Shown in pieces: positions 29,179-40,193 of a stretch of DNA of 64,000 nucleotides. Below the pieces are notes generated by a model, which saw nothing but the letters and a program-made list of their open reading frames with translations, did not search any database and was not told the origin of the DNA. The translations under genes were made by a program, and so were the position numbers. The number at the start of each line of letters is the position of its first letter. Position 1 is the first letter of the stretch. Source of the stretch: Alphaproteobacteria bacterium (GTDB lineage Bacteria; Pseudomonadota; Alphaproteobacteria; UBA8317); the NCBI GenBank assembly GCA_038131935.1, contig JAYPQH010000027.1, positions 1 to 64,000 of the forward strand, given 5' to 3'.

Positions 29179-29553
29179 CTACAGGCCTTGTTCGTCAAAT
29201 ACCTTCTTTGCCGCCCTAAAACATTCCAATGATTGTGGAACGCCGCAATAAATAGCAACAACATGGATGATGGCCCGAATTTCTTCTTTGCTCACGCCAT
29301 TATTGAGTGCGCCACGGCAATGAACTTCCCATTCATGCATTTTCCCAAGAGCGCCAATCATAGCCAAATTCATCATTGAGCGGGTTTTTGCATCAATAGT
29401 GTCGTCTCCCCACCCAAAACCCCAGCACCAAGCTGTCATGGCCTCTTGAAAAGGGCGTGTGAACTCATCTGCTTGTTCCAATGAGCGTGTGACATAGGCA
29501 TCACCAAGTGTTTCCTTGCGTTTTGCAAGTCCTTTTTCAAAAAATGAATCCAT
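29179..29553 (-). CDS. carboxymuconolactone decarboxylase family protein
   Basis: GLAKRKETLG, TRSMMNLAM, HCRGALNNG, AIYCGVP. Confidence 0.88.
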   Translation of the reverse strand: MDSFFEKGLAKRKETLGDAYVTRSLEQADEFTRPFQEAMTAWCWGFGWGDDTIDAKTRSMMNLAMIGALGKMHEWEVHCRGALNNGVSKEEIRAIIHVVAIYCGVPQSLECFRAAKKVFDEQGL

Positions 29554-29573
29554 GTTTTTTCCTTTATTTGGCT

Positions 29574-29996
29574 TTATGAGGGGCGCTGGGTGGCGTAAGG
29601 GGAATTGTTGTAACGAAATGTTCCTGTGCCGGTGGCTACCATATTGCCCAGCTCATCCTTTACCGTTCCTTCCGCAAAAAAGATCTTGCGTCCTCCCCCT
29701 ATTTTTGTGGCGCGACAAATCAATTTGTTTCCAACTGGTCGCCCTAAGAAACTTACATTCATGTTCAATGTCATGGCAAAGGCAGGTGCATCCCGGTCAC
29801 CTGTGTAGCAACCAGCGTAACCCATCACGGTATCAAGCAGAACAGCATAGAGACCTCCATGAGGGATCCCATATCTGTTCATATGGTGATGTTGCAGAGG
29901 GAGATGAAATATCGCTTCATCAGCATTCCATTCATGCATCTCAAATCCGAGATGGGCCTGCATCGGATAGGGTGGCTCAATAAGTGTAGCGTCCAT
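29574..29996 (-). CDS. PaaI family thioesterase
   Basis: NRYGIPHGGLYAVLLDTVMG hotdog motif. Confidence 0.9.
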   Translation of the reverse strand: MDATLIEPPYPMQAHLGFEMHEWNADEAIFHLPLQHHHMNRYGIPHGGLYAVLLDTVMGYAGCYTGDRDAPAFAMTLNMNVSFLGRPVGNKLICRATKIGGGRKIFFAEGTVKDELGNMVATGTGTFRYNNSPYATQRPS

Positions 29997-30102
29997 AGGT
30001 CGTCCTTTGTTGATCGTATGTAGTTGAAGCTTCGGTGGGGATTTACATTATTTTTTATCCATCCGTCATGTCTGTTCGTTCCATTAAGGTTTTCTGAGCC
30101 TA

Positions 30103-30747
30103 TCAGTCTTTGAAAAACAGCATCTTTGTAAGAAAGGCAGGACCTTGATGCCCTGTACCATCTTTTAGGTCTTCCTCGCCAACATGCGCGTGTTTCAAGC
30201 GCAAGGGTTTTGCCTCCGAAACAAATTCTTCTGGGTCATAGGTTAACGCCACGTCACCTGGACCTTTATGAAGAAGGCTTACATGGTCAGGATGAAACCC
30301 TTCCACCAGCAAACAACCTCCAGGTTTGAGAATAGATGTGATTTGTTGAAGGATAGCCCTGCGTTCGTCTGGGGGAACCTGAAGATACATCATGGCCACG
30401 AAGTCTATGCTATGTTTGGGTAAAGGCAAGCGTGTGGCATGCGCCACAAAACGCTCGACGGGAACATCATAGATTTGATCTTGAAGCTTAGCTTTTGAAA
30501 CAGCTATTGGGGAGAGGTCACAAGTCAGGACACGCATGCCCCGTTTGGCCAAAAATCGAGAATGCCGTCCTTCACCATCACCAGGTAGAAATGCAATGCG
30601 CCGTTCAAATTGTTGTGGATCATTGTTTGTGTATGTTTCTACCAGATAGGCTGATGGCTCATCACCATACAGAAGCTCTTTTGTTTGTGCGTATTTTCGA
30701 TCCCATTTTTGGGCGATCATGCATGTTTTGGATGGCGGATATGTCAT
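30103..30747 (-). CDS. class I SAM-dependent methyltransferase
   Basis: WDRKY, GDGEGRHS motif I, LKPGG. Confidence 0.85.
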   Translation of the reverse strand: MTYPPSKTCMIAQKWDRKYAQTKELLYGDEPSAYLVETYTNNDPQQFERRIAFLPGDGEGRHSRFLAKRGMRVLTCDLSPIAVSKAKLQDQIYDVPVERFVAHATRLPLPKHSIDFVAMMYLQVPPDERRAILQQITSILKPGGCLLVEGFHPDHVSLLHKGPGDVALTYDPEEFVSEAKPLRLKHAHVGEEDLKDGTGHQGPAFLTKMLFFKD

Positions 30748-30815
30748 GATTTCTCTGGCGTTAAGATAAAAATTTCACGTAACTACATCATGTGCAGTGG
30801 TGAAGGACTGATATA

Positions 30816-31748
30816 TTGATGACAACGCAAAGGCCAGATCAATCAAAAGCGCCAAGTTGGCTGCCATTTGCGCCATGGCTTTTTGTGTGCCTTTGGAGTG
30901 CAGGTTATGGGGTGGCAAAACTTTGCCTTGAATACACCACCCCTCTCAATTTGCTCGCCATGAGGTTTGTTTTAACTGCTTCGATTTTGGCTCTACCCTT
31001 AGTTTTTTACAAAGTAAGCTTCCCATCATGGCGTGCGTTGGGCCCGCTTTGTTTGGTTTCTTTATGTATCCATGTTGTTCATTTTGGTTTGGTCTATGGT
31101 GGTTTAAGTTTTGGAGCATCTGCAGGTGTTCTTGCATTGTTTGCTGCAAGCCAACCTTTATTGGTAGAAGTTTCTGTTAGTCTATTTTATAGACGCTTTC
31201 CTCGGGTTGTTACCATGACAGGGCTTGGCCTTGGTATGGCTGGGGCGGCTTATGTCATTATCATGCGACATGAATTCTCAGCAGGCGCATTATTGGGCGC
31301 ACTGATGGGTTTTTTGGCGGTGGTGTCGTTCTCCATTGGTACAGCCTGTGACCGGTATCGAACAAAAAATGAGAGCCCGCTGGCTGGTTATTTTGTTCAG
31401 TATCTTTTCGCAGCCATCGTAAGTCTACCTCTCGCATATGCCGTTGAAGGATTGCAGATCACCCCACATATCAATTTGTTGGCGGGTGTTGGTTACTTGG
31501 TTTTAGGAAATGCAATTGTTGGTATTTTTCTTCTGCTCACCATGGTTCAGTTTAACAGCTTGTCACGCGTAACTTCCGTTATGTTTTTGGTTCCAGGATT
31601 GGGCGCTTTGATTGCGTGGCTGGTGGTAGGGGAGGCCATGCCCTTTGAAACATGGCCTGGAATTATCATGGCAGGCCTTGGGGTGATCATGGTTCTTTAT
31701 GCTGAGACAATTTTTCCATCAAAAAACAATGGCAAACAAGATGTATGA
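30816..31748 (+). CDS. EamA/DMT family transporter
   Basis: About 10 TM segments; FVCLWSAGY...P...RF and FLVP...GE. Confidence 0.85.
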   Translation: MMTTQRPDQSKAPSWLPFAPWLFVCLWSAGYGVAKLCLEYTTPLNLLAMRFVLTASILALPLVFYKVSFPSWRALGPLCLVSLCIHVVHFGLVYGGLSFGASAGVLALFAASQPLLVEVSVSLFYRRFPRVVTMTGLGLGMAGAAYVIIMRHEFSAGALLGALMGFLAVVSFSIGTACDRYRTKNESPLAGYFVQYLFAAIVSLPLAYAVEGLQITPHINLLAGVGYLVLGNAIVGIFLLLTMVQFNSLSRVTSVMFLVPGLGALIAWLVVGEAMPFETWPGIIMAGLGVIMVLYAETIFPSKNNGKQDV

Positions 31749-31793
31749 ACCTAAGTAAGCAATGGGTATTTTTTTCTTGCTGGGGTTGTTTAC

Positions 31794-32972
31794 ATGGTCG
31801 TGCACAAAGTTCGCCAACTTTTTAAGAATGAAGCTTCGGGTGGAATTCTTTTGATGGTCGCTGCATTGTTGGCTCTTTTTGTTGCCAACTCGCCAGCTTT
31901 AGAAGTCTATCAGTCAGTTCTTGCTTCCAAATTCACCATAGGATTTGAAGGGTTTAAACTTTCTAAGGCACTTATTCTATGGATCAATGACTTTTTGATG
32001 GCTCTGTTTTTTCTACTTGTGGGGTTAGAAGTCAAACGTGAGATTGTTGAAGGTGAATTGTCATCATTGTCTCAAGCCCAATTGCCTGTTGTGGCCGCAA
32101 TAGGTGGCATGGCCGTTCCTGCACTTATTTACATCATGTTTAATCAAGCAGACCCCATTGCATTACGAGGTTGGGCCATTCCTGCAGCAACTGATATCGC
32201 TTTCGCATTGGGTGTTTTGGCGCTGTTGAAGTCGAGAGCCCCGCTTTTTCTTAAAGTTCTTCTTACCGCGATTGCTATTATCGATGATTTGGGCGCGATT
32301 GTTGTGATAGCCCTTTTTTACACAGCTGAACTGAATATGGCAGCCATGGGAGGAGCTGCAGTGGTGTTGCTTTGTCTTCTTGCCCTGAACCTGAGTGGAA
32401 CGCGCGCCATCACGCCTTATTTGTTGTTAGGGCTTATTTTGTGGGTCTTTGTACTTAAATCAGGTGTGCATGCGACCTTGGCGGGGGTTGCAACAGCCAT
32501 GGCCATTCCTTTAGCTCGGGTTGGTGGGGAATATGAGCCACCTCTGTTAAGGCTAGAGCATGGCTTAGCTCCATGGGTAGCTTTTTGTATTCTCCCAATA
32601 TTTGCATTTGCCAATGCCGGTGTTCCCCTCAATGGGGTTGATATGGCGACGCTTACCAAAGGGGTGTCTCTTGGTATTATCGCAGGGCTTGTTGTTGGCA
32701 AATTGGTTGGTGTTTTTGGCGTCACATGGCTGATGATAACGCTAGGCCTGACGTCCAAGCCCAAAGATGTAAATTGGATTCATATTCTTGCTGTGTCAGC
32801 ATTATGTGGCATTGGTTTTACGATGAGTTTATTCATTGGATCATTGGCATTTGACGAAGCAGCGATGTTTGACCAAGTAAGGGTTGGGGTACTTGTTGGT
32901 TCAACAATTTCGGCCCTTCTGGGGGTGGCGCTGCTCATGAGCACGCCACCAAAAGAAGCTAAGGGTGGATAG
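31794..32972 (+). CDS. nhaA: Na+/H+ antiporter NhaA
   Basis: WINDFLM, GLEVKRE, GWAIPAATDIAFA, AIIDDLG, CGIGFTMSLFI. Confidence 0.96.
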   Translation: MVVHKVRQLFKNEASGGILLMVAALLALFVANSPALEVYQSVLASKFTIGFEGFKLSKALILWINDFLMALFFLLVGLEVKREIVEGELSSLSQAQLPVVAAIGGMAVPALIYIMFNQADPIALRGWAIPAATDIAFALGVLALLKSRAPLFLKVLLTAIAIIDDLGAIVVIALFYTAELNMAAMGGAAVVLLCLLALNLSGTRAITPYLLLGLILWVFVLKSGVHATLAGVATAMAIPLARVGGEYEPPLLRLEHGLAPWVAFCILPIFAFANAGVPLNGVDMATLTKGVSLGIIAGLVVGKLVGVFGVTWLMITLGLTSKPKDVNWIHILAVSALCGIGFTMSLFIGSLAFDEAAMFDQVRVGVLVGSTISALLGVALLMSTPPKEAKGG

Positions 32973-32984
32973 AGTAGGGTTCTT

Positions 32985-34307
32985 ATGGACAGTGTGAACA
33001 TTCATGAAAATCTTGGATCAGATTTTTATGTCCCCGTATCGCCTGCGTCCTTTCAGAAAGTTGCCTTGCGGTTTGTTAACGAACCCCTCCTTCCAAGCCT
33101 CGGTATTCATGCGGCAAACGAGGCTTGGCTGGACAAACATTTTTTAGCTTTTGATCCTATTCCAGGAAGTCTAAGCCAACCATTAGCTTTGGCATATCAT
33201 GGGCATCAATTTAGGCATTATAATCCTGATATCGGTGACGGTCGTGGGTTTTTGGCGGCGCAATGCCGTGATGAACAAGGACGGATTTTAGATTTTGGTA
33301 CCAAAGGATCAGGGCAGACACCGTTTTCGCGCGAGGGGGATGGCAGACTTACCCTGCAAGGTGGGGTTCGCGAAATTTTGGCATCTGAGGAATTGTCAGC
33401 TCGTGGGGTTTATACATCTCGGGCCTTTAGCCTGTTTGAGACAGATGATAAGTTATACAGGCATGATGAGTATTCACCGGCGCGGGCCGGGGTTTTAACC
33501 CGTGTTTCTCATTCTCATATCCGTATAGGGACCTTTCAGCGGCTTGCAGCTTTGGGCAAACAAGAGGCGATAGATATGTTGGTTGATCATGTCTTACGTC
33601 ATTATCTGCGTGAAGCGGACCTGAATTTGCCACCAGCACAAGCAATGTACCGTGCCTGTGTGCAGCGGCTTGCATGTCTTTGTGCGGAATGGATGGCTGC
33701 GGGTTTTGTTCATGGTGTGCTCAATACAGATAACCTTACGGTGACTGGAGAATCTTTTGATTATGGTCCTTTTCGCTTTTTGAAAAGCTATGACCCTCAC
33801 CATGTTGCTGCCTACTTTGATCATCAAGGACTTTACCGTTACGCTCGCCAACCAGAGTCAGTAGGATGGGCTTTGGCAAGACTTGCTGAAACCCTCTTGG
33901 GCAAACTGCCTCAAGATATATTGCAGGATGAATTGGATGCTTTTTTACCATCCTATCAGAAAGCCTTGGTAGGGGCTTATTTACATTTGGCGGGCTTGGA
34001 TGATGCGCCAGAAGAATATGAAAGGCTGGGTGCTGCAATAGATGCCTTATTACGGGGACATCAGGGTGCATTTGTTGATGTTTATGCGGTAATACGTGAG
34101 CACTTGGTAGCTGAATTTGGTATATCCCAGCGGCAATCTGATGTTGCGCCAACAAAACCCCTTGATCATGAGCATGTGCAGAATATTTGGCGGGGTATTC
34201 ATGAAGAAGACGATTGGACATTATTTGATACATATGTTCGAGATAGGCGAGAGGTCAGGGGTTTTCTCTCCAAACGATATGCAGGGCAAGGAGCCTTTTG
34301 GGGGTAA
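32985..34307 (+). CDS. selO: protein adenylyltransferase SelO/YdiU
   Basis: YHGHQF, GDGRG, KGSGQTPFSREGDGR, GFVHGVLNTDN, DYGPF. Confidence 0.92.
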   Translation: MDSVNIHENLGSDFYVPVSPASFQKVALRFVNEPLLPSLGIHAANEAWLDKHFLAFDPIPGSLSQPLALAYHGHQFRHYNPDIGDGRGFLAAQCRDEQGRILDFGTKGSGQTPFSREGDGRLTLQGGVREILASEELSARGVYTSRAFSLFETDDKLYRHDEYSPARAGVLTRVSHSHIRIGTFQRLAALGKQEAIDMLVDHVLRHYLREADLNLPPAQAMYRACVQRLACLCAEWMAAGFVHGVLNTDNLTVTGESFDYGPFRFLKSYDPHHVAAYFDHQGLYRYARQPESVGWALARLAETLLGKLPQDILQDELDAFLPSYQKALVGAYLHLAGLDDAPEEYERLGAAIDALLRGHQGAFVDVYAVIREHLVAEFGISQRQSDVAPTKPLDHEHVQNIWRGIHEEDDWTLFDTYVRDRREVRGFLSKRYAGQGAFWG

Positions 34308-34452
34308 GGGTCTTAAAAGATTTTTTAAAAAATGTTTTGGTTGGTTGCCATAATGGGCAAAGATTTTGCGTCAAGCATGAAATGCGCGTTTGTCCTCTTT
34401 TTCTCCCTACCTGGGGCAGGGTTAACAACAAAAATGCTGATGAGGTGAAGAT

Positions 34453-34866
34453 ATGATACGTATGGCCTGGATTCTCTCTTTATTAGGATTGCTGCCTTTT
34501 TTGATGGCGACAGGCTTGGTAATCTTTGTCGACGATATGCAAGCATTGGGGATGCAAATTCTCATAGCCTATGGTGCGAGCATTTTGGCCTTTTTGGGAG
34601 GTATACATTGGGGCGTGGGCCTGAAAGTGGGAGGTCCAGCAGATTTGTTGGCCAGTATTGTGCCCTCACTTGTGGCTTTTGCAGCTCTTGTTACCCATGG
34701 AGATATGGCATTGGTTATTCTTCTGGCTGGGTTTGTTTCTGTTCTTTCTACTGACTGGCGCTATGCAAATCAGGAAGTCATACCATCCTGGTTTTGGCAG
34801 TTGCGTCGGCTCATCACCGTTGTTGTGGTGGCATGCTTCATCGTTAGCTACCTGAAGATTTGGTGA
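34453..34866 (+). CDS. DUF3429-type membrane protein
   Basis: GLLPF and YGASILAFLGGIHWG motif. Confidence 0.8.
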   Translation: MIRMAWILSLLGLLPFLMATGLVIFVDDMQALGMQILIAYGASILAFLGGIHWGVGLKVGGPADLLASIVPSLVAFAALVTHGDMALVILLAGFVSVLSTDWRYANQEVIPSWFWQLRRLITVVVVACFIVSYLKIW

Positions 34867-35004
34867 TTTTTCCTCGTCTGCACGCATCAGAACAATATTT
34901 TACATCATCCCAAACTTTCGCCCACTTTTTGCGCCAAGTGAAAGGCCTGCCACATTGGATACAGGTCTTTTCTGGAAGATCAGATTTTTTGCGCATGCGT
35001 GCCA

Positions 35005-36506
35005 TTAGATGTCCTTAAACAAATCAATTTGTTGGTTATTTGGAGCCTTTTTTTGTCCTGTCCGTCTCATGCCCGACCGCTGGGATCCATGACGCTTTTG
35101 GATATGATCAGAGATCTCATGGTGAACCTTGCGCTCAGATCGTCTCAATTGGGTGATGCGCTCTTTGGCAATTTTTGCTGCTTCTAGGTGATCAACGATC
35201 GGCCATGGATAATCATGTCCCAAACGGATGCCAGAATCGGCCAACATTAAGGGGGCTGCTTTCCATGGTTCATGGCACCAAGGAGCGGGAAGGGTGCGTA
35301 ATTCAGGTACCCATTGCATCACAAATTTGCCTTTAGGATCTTGGTCATAACCTTGTTTTATTGGGTTGTAGATCCGTAACGTATTGATACCTGTTGTCCC
35401 AGATTGCATTTGTATTTGAGAATAATGAATGCCAGGTTCGTAATCCGAAAATAATTTGGCCAAATGCAAAGCCGTATGCCGCCAAGGCTGGAAAAGATGA
35501 TAACTCGCGACAGAGGTTAACATGGCGCGCATGCGAAAATTTAGCCATCCTGTTTTCTGTAAACAACGCATACAAGCATCGACAAAAGGCCATCCTGTTT
35601 GACCAAAAGCCCAGCTTTGATGAAGGTTTTCATTTTCAAAAGGCGTGCGTAGATCTTGGTATAATGGATGAAAACTTCGAAACTCTATGGCAGGCTCCGT
35701 TTCAAGTTTTTGGATAAAATGGCAATGCCAATGTAAACGTGAGAGAACAGCTTGCTTGTCGCGTGGGGGAAGAGAGCTTTGCTGAATGGTTTGATAAATT
35801 TCCCGCAAAGATAAAGTGCCTAGCGATATATGTGCCGAAAGCCTTGAAGAGCCACCAAAAGCTGTCAAAGGGGACGAGATATGCTTTTGATAGCCAACGC
35901 CACGGTTGGAACAGAAGCTATGTAACAGGCGCAGCCCTTCCGCACGTGTTGTATCCCATGGCGTTTTCGCGGCAATCAAATTGGGCTCTTGCTGTGAAGA
36001 TAAATATTCTTTTGCCCTTAAACCTCTTGGTATGGGCAAGCATGCTTCATTCATAAGGTTTTGCCATTGCTTAGACCAACCTGAACTCCGCGTTTTAATC
36101 CCCGCACCACGCCAAATTGACGGAATTCATGCCATGATATCTGATGATCTTTGCACCAATTTTTTACCTTCTTGTCACGTTGATAGGTGAAGTGGTTCCC
36201 TGTTTCTTCATGGGAGAATAATGTGAAGGGGCCTAAGCTATCATGAATTTGCCTCAAAATAGCGGTGGGTTCTCCGGAAAAACGATGCAATTTTAAACCT
36301 TGCTCTTCTAAACTTGATGCCAGTTCCTGTAATGCAGGCTCTTTGACACGATCATGCCTCATAGCATAATCGGCTTGTTCTGTGCGCATGGGCTCGTTGA
36401 TATAAAGAGCTAGGATGGGGCCTCGTTGATGGGCATGCCAAAGCGGTGCGTGATCAGCCACACGAAGATCTCTTTTAAACCAAACCACAGAAAAATTTTT
36501 CATCAT
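35005..36506 (-). CDS. cryptochrome/DNA photolyase family protein (frameshift near 36095)
   Basis: WFKRDLRVADH N-term; SRLSAHI, GWPFVDACMR, WLNFRMRAM, DYEPGIH. The ORFs join by one A in an A-run. Confidence 0.88.
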
Positions 36507-36580
36507 TACGCCAGATACTGTTGCCACATGCCACCGCTGTGATGAACATAGGCGCGAACACAAAAAATGGGAGGCTGTTC

Positions 36581-37747
36581 ATGTTATTGGCAGATCGTTT
36601 TGCCCAATTGGGCGAAGAAAATGCATTCGCGGTGTTGGCTCGGGCAAATGCGCTAAAGGCGCAAGGTCGCGATATGATCAATCTTGGTATCGGGCAGCCA
36701 GATTTTCGGACTCCAGATATTATTGTCGAATCAGCTATCAAGGCCCTTCGTGACGGTGCCCATGGCTATACTGATTCTCTCGGCATCCCTCCGCTACGGG
36801 AAAAGGTTGTTGAATATCTCAGTAAGCGCGGGGTATCTGCACAACCAGATAGGGTTATGATTGTTCCTGGGGGCAAAGTGACCATGTTTTTTGCCTGTAT
36901 GTTATTAGGGCAGCCTGGACAAAAAATACTCTACCCAGACCCTGGTTTCCCGATTTATCGCTCTGCTGCGGCTGTGACAGGCGCTGAGGTCGTTGGTTAT
37001 CGCTTGCGTGAGGATGATGACTTCGCCCCTGATATGGAGCAATTAGAAACCTTGGTTGACGCCCAAACATCTCTATTGATTGTGAATTCTCCAGGTAACC
37101 CAACAGGCGGTATAATGCGCCAGCATCATATTGAGCAAATTGCTGAATTGATGCGCCGTCATCCTCAGTTGATCGTGATGTCAGATGAAATTTATGGGGA
37201 GATGCTGTATGATGGCGAGAAGCATTTTTCTTTGGCTTCCATAAATGATATCGCTGATCGGGTTATTTTGTTGGATGGATGGTCCAAAACATTTGCCATG
37301 ACAGGATGGCGGATGGGTTTTGGGCTATGGCCCTCTGCTTTGATTGATGCGGCACGCAAATTGTCAGTAAATTGCCATTCATGTGTTGCGGCTTCTTACC
37401 AGCACGCCGCGATTACAGCTTTGGATGAGGCTTGGGATCAGGTTGAGCATATGGTTGCAACATTTGACCGTCGACGTAAATTCGCCGCAGATCTTTTAAA
37501 CGATCTGCCTGGGGTGACATGCCGGGTGCCAAAAGGGGCGTTCTATGCTTTCCCAAATATTACCCAAACCGGCAGAGAGTCACGGGAATTGGCAAAAGAC
37601 CTGTTGGAAAATCATAGTTTGGCTTTGTTGTCAGGCACTGACTTTGGTGCTCAAGGCGAGGGTTTCTTGCGTGTTTCTGTGGCAGCAAGTGATGAAGACA
37701 TACAAAAGGGCGTGGATAGAATTCGTACTTGCTTGGCGCAGCATTAA
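36581..37747 (+). CDS. PLP-dependent aminotransferase class I/II (aspartate aminotransferase-like)
   Basis: GIGQPDF, NSPGNPTG, DEIY, WSKTFAMTGWRMG. Confidence 0.92.
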   Translation: MLLADRFAQLGEENAFAVLARANALKAQGRDMINLGIGQPDFRTPDIIVESAIKALRDGAHGYTDSLGIPPLREKVVEYLSKRGVSAQPDRVMIVPGGKVTMFFACMLLGQPGQKILYPDPGFPIYRSAAAVTGAEVVGYRLREDDDFAPDMEQLETLVDAQTSLLIVNSPGNPTGGIMRQHHIEQIAELMRRHPQLIVMSDEIYGEMLYDGEKHFSLASINDIADRVILLDGWSKTFAMTGWRMGFGLWPSALIDAARKLSVNCHSCVAASYQHAAITALDEAWDQVEHMVATFDRRRKFAADLLNDLPGVTCRVPKGAFYAFPNITQTGRESRELAKDLLENHSLALLSGTDFGAQGEGFLRVSVAASDEDIQKGVDRIRTCLAQH

Positions 37748-38969
37748 CCTTCAGCTGCCCGAAGCCTATGTGAAAAAGAGCGGTCCTGGATGGGCAAATG
37801 CAATATGCCCGCCAGGATTCCAAAGGCGATATTTAGCCACCAAATAACATCATAACTGTTGGTTTGATCATAAAGAACACCCCCTAGCCAAACGCCGAGG
37901 AATGCCCCAAGCTGGTGAGAGAAGAAGACCAACCCAAACAATGTTCCCATATATCGAACGCCGAAGAAACTTGCCACCAAACCGGAGGTCAATGGGACTG
38001 TAGAAAGCCATAACAAACCTGTACCAGCAGCATATAGAAGAACGGAGGCTTCACTTATGGGAAGCATGATAAACATCAATGTGATGGCTGATCGCGAGAG
38101 ATAGATGAATGATAAACCATAGGGCTTGGAATGTTGGCCGCCCCACCATCCAGCGACATTTGCACCGATGATATTAAACAGCCCTATCAAAGCTAAAGCA
38201 TATGCGCCCAAAAGGGGATCAAGTCCCTGGTCAACAATGAAGGTGGGTAGATGGGCACCAATAAATGTAACCTGAAATCCACACACAAAAAATCCAGCAG
38301 TTAGAAGAACATAGCTTGGTGTCTGACAAGCACAGATAATGGTGCGCTTTAAACCCACATCTTCATATTTGTCTTCATCGCTTGGGTTGGCAGGTGGTTT
38401 GGCAAGGACCCAACTGGCCAGCGCAATACATAACGCCATCATGGCTAAGATACTGGCTGTTTGTTCCCAACCAACCAAATCAATCTGCATCTGTGCTATT
38501 GGTACCACCAGAAGTTGCCCCAATGACCCTGAGGCGGTCACCAATCCCATCGTGAAAGATCGTTTTGATACCGGTAGTAACTTGCTCAATGCAGCCATAA
38601 TGATGGCAAAGATGTAAAGCCTACGCCCACACCCACTGCAATGCCTAAACTAAGATAGATAAGCCATGGGTCCTGTGAAAAAGGTATCAAGAAGACACCA
38701 GCGGCATAAATCAAAGCGCCAATGAATATAACAGGTCTTGCACCCCATTTATCCGACAGGGCGCCAGCAATAGGTTGCGATAAACCCCAAAAAATATTTT
38801 GTAAGGCAAGTGCCAATGACATCACCTCGCGATCCCAAGAAAATGTCATGCTTATGGGAGACATAAACAAGCCAAAACTCGTCCGGATTCCAAAAGACGT
38901 CATGGAGATGAAACAGCCCACAATAATCAATAGCCAAATACCTGAAATCGGTTTGTTGTCCTGAGTCAT
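37744..38969 (-). CDS. MFS transporter (frameshift near 38609)
   Basis: GALSDKWGAR motif A; two hydrophobic ORFs join by one T (GFTSFAIIMAAL). Confidence 0.85.
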
Positions 38970-39131
38970 CTCATTATCCCTCACATGAAGATATCTTTGT
39001 GGGCAAGGTCATCGCGTAAAGCAAGAAGAAAATTCTTAACAAAACAAGCTGAGTCGTTACAGCAGAATCGCGACAAAAAATTGTCATGAAATATTGCTAT
39101 CATCAAGAAATGTTAATGTTTTGAGGTGCGT

Positions 39132-40193
39132 ATGGCTGAGGTAAAATATCATCATGTGGGCAAGAAATTTGGAGAACATGAGGTCATCCCTGACCTTGAC
39201 CTACATATCAAAGATGGTGAGTTCATTGTTTATGTTGGTCCGTCTGGATGCGGAAAAACAACGTTGCTTCGTATGCTTGCAGGTCTTGAAACCCTAAGCG
39301 CAGGACAAATTTGGATTGGCGACAACAATGTAACGAATATGTCGCCAAAACACCGAAATGTTGCCATGGTCTTTCAGAATTATGCATTATATCCCCATAT
39401 GACCGTGGCAGAAAATATTGGCTTTGGTTTGATGGTCAGAGGGACTCCCAAATCAGATCGTCGAAAAAAAATAGAACAAGCTGCTGCCTTGCTCGATATC
39501 GACAATTTGCTTGACCGGAAACCAAAAGAGATTTCTGGTGGACAGCGCCAACGTGTGGCGATGGGACGTGCGATCGTGCGTGAACCAGATGTCTTTTTGA
39601 TGGATGAGCCCTTGTCTAACTTGGACGCTCAGCTTCGCCATCAAATGCGTGCTGAATTGCGCAATATTCAGCAGCGTCTAGGTGTTACGATGGTCTATGT
39701 AACCCATGATCAAGTGGAGGCCATGACGATGGCTGATCGAATTGTTGTTCTTGATAAGGGGCAGATACAACAGTTGGGTACACCAAGAGAAATATTCCAA
39801 AAACCCAAGAACCGATTTGTAGCGTCCTTTATCGGTACGCCACATATGAATATTCTGCCATGGGAGCAATGTCGGGGGCATGGGATAACGGTCCCCGACG
39901 CATTTCAGGATTTATGCAACCATCATCATGTTTATGACATTGGGTTTCGTCCAGCTGATATGACCCTTGCAGATGAAGATGGCGTCATAAAGTTAACAAT
40001 CAAAACACTTCTTGTCGAAAATTTAGGAAATGACGTTTTGGTGCATGGCCAGATAGGTGGGGAGGGCGGGCATGTCCGCGCTTTGATCCCCACGGAGCAA
40101 GCGCCATCTCAAGGCGATGAGCTTGCGGTGGCTATATCTTTATCGAAGCTTCATTTGTTCGATGAAAAAGGTGAGGCTATTGGCTCAAGCTAG
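39132..40193 (+). CDS. CUT1 ABC transporter ATPase (UgpC/MalK-like)
   Basis: GPSGCGKTT, VFQNYALYPHM, ISGGQRQRVAMGRA, DEPLSNLD. Confidence 0.93.
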   Translation: MAEVKYHHVGKKFGEHEVIPDLDLHIKDGEFIVYVGPSGCGKTTLLRMLAGLETLSAGQIWIGDNNVTNMSPKHRNVAMVFQNYALYPHMTVAENIGFGLMVRGTPKSDRRKKIEQAAALLDIDNLLDRKPKEISGGQRQRVAMGRAIVREPDVFLMDEPLSNLDAQLRHQMRAELRNIQQRLGVTMVYVTHDQVEAMTMADRIVVLDKGQIQQLGTPREIFQKPKNRFVASFIGTPHMNILPWEQCRGHGITVPDAFQDLCNHHHVYDIGFRPADMTLADEDGVIKLTIKTLLVENLGNDVLVHGQIGGEGGHVRALIPTEQAPSQGDELAVAISLSKLHLFDEKGEAIGSS

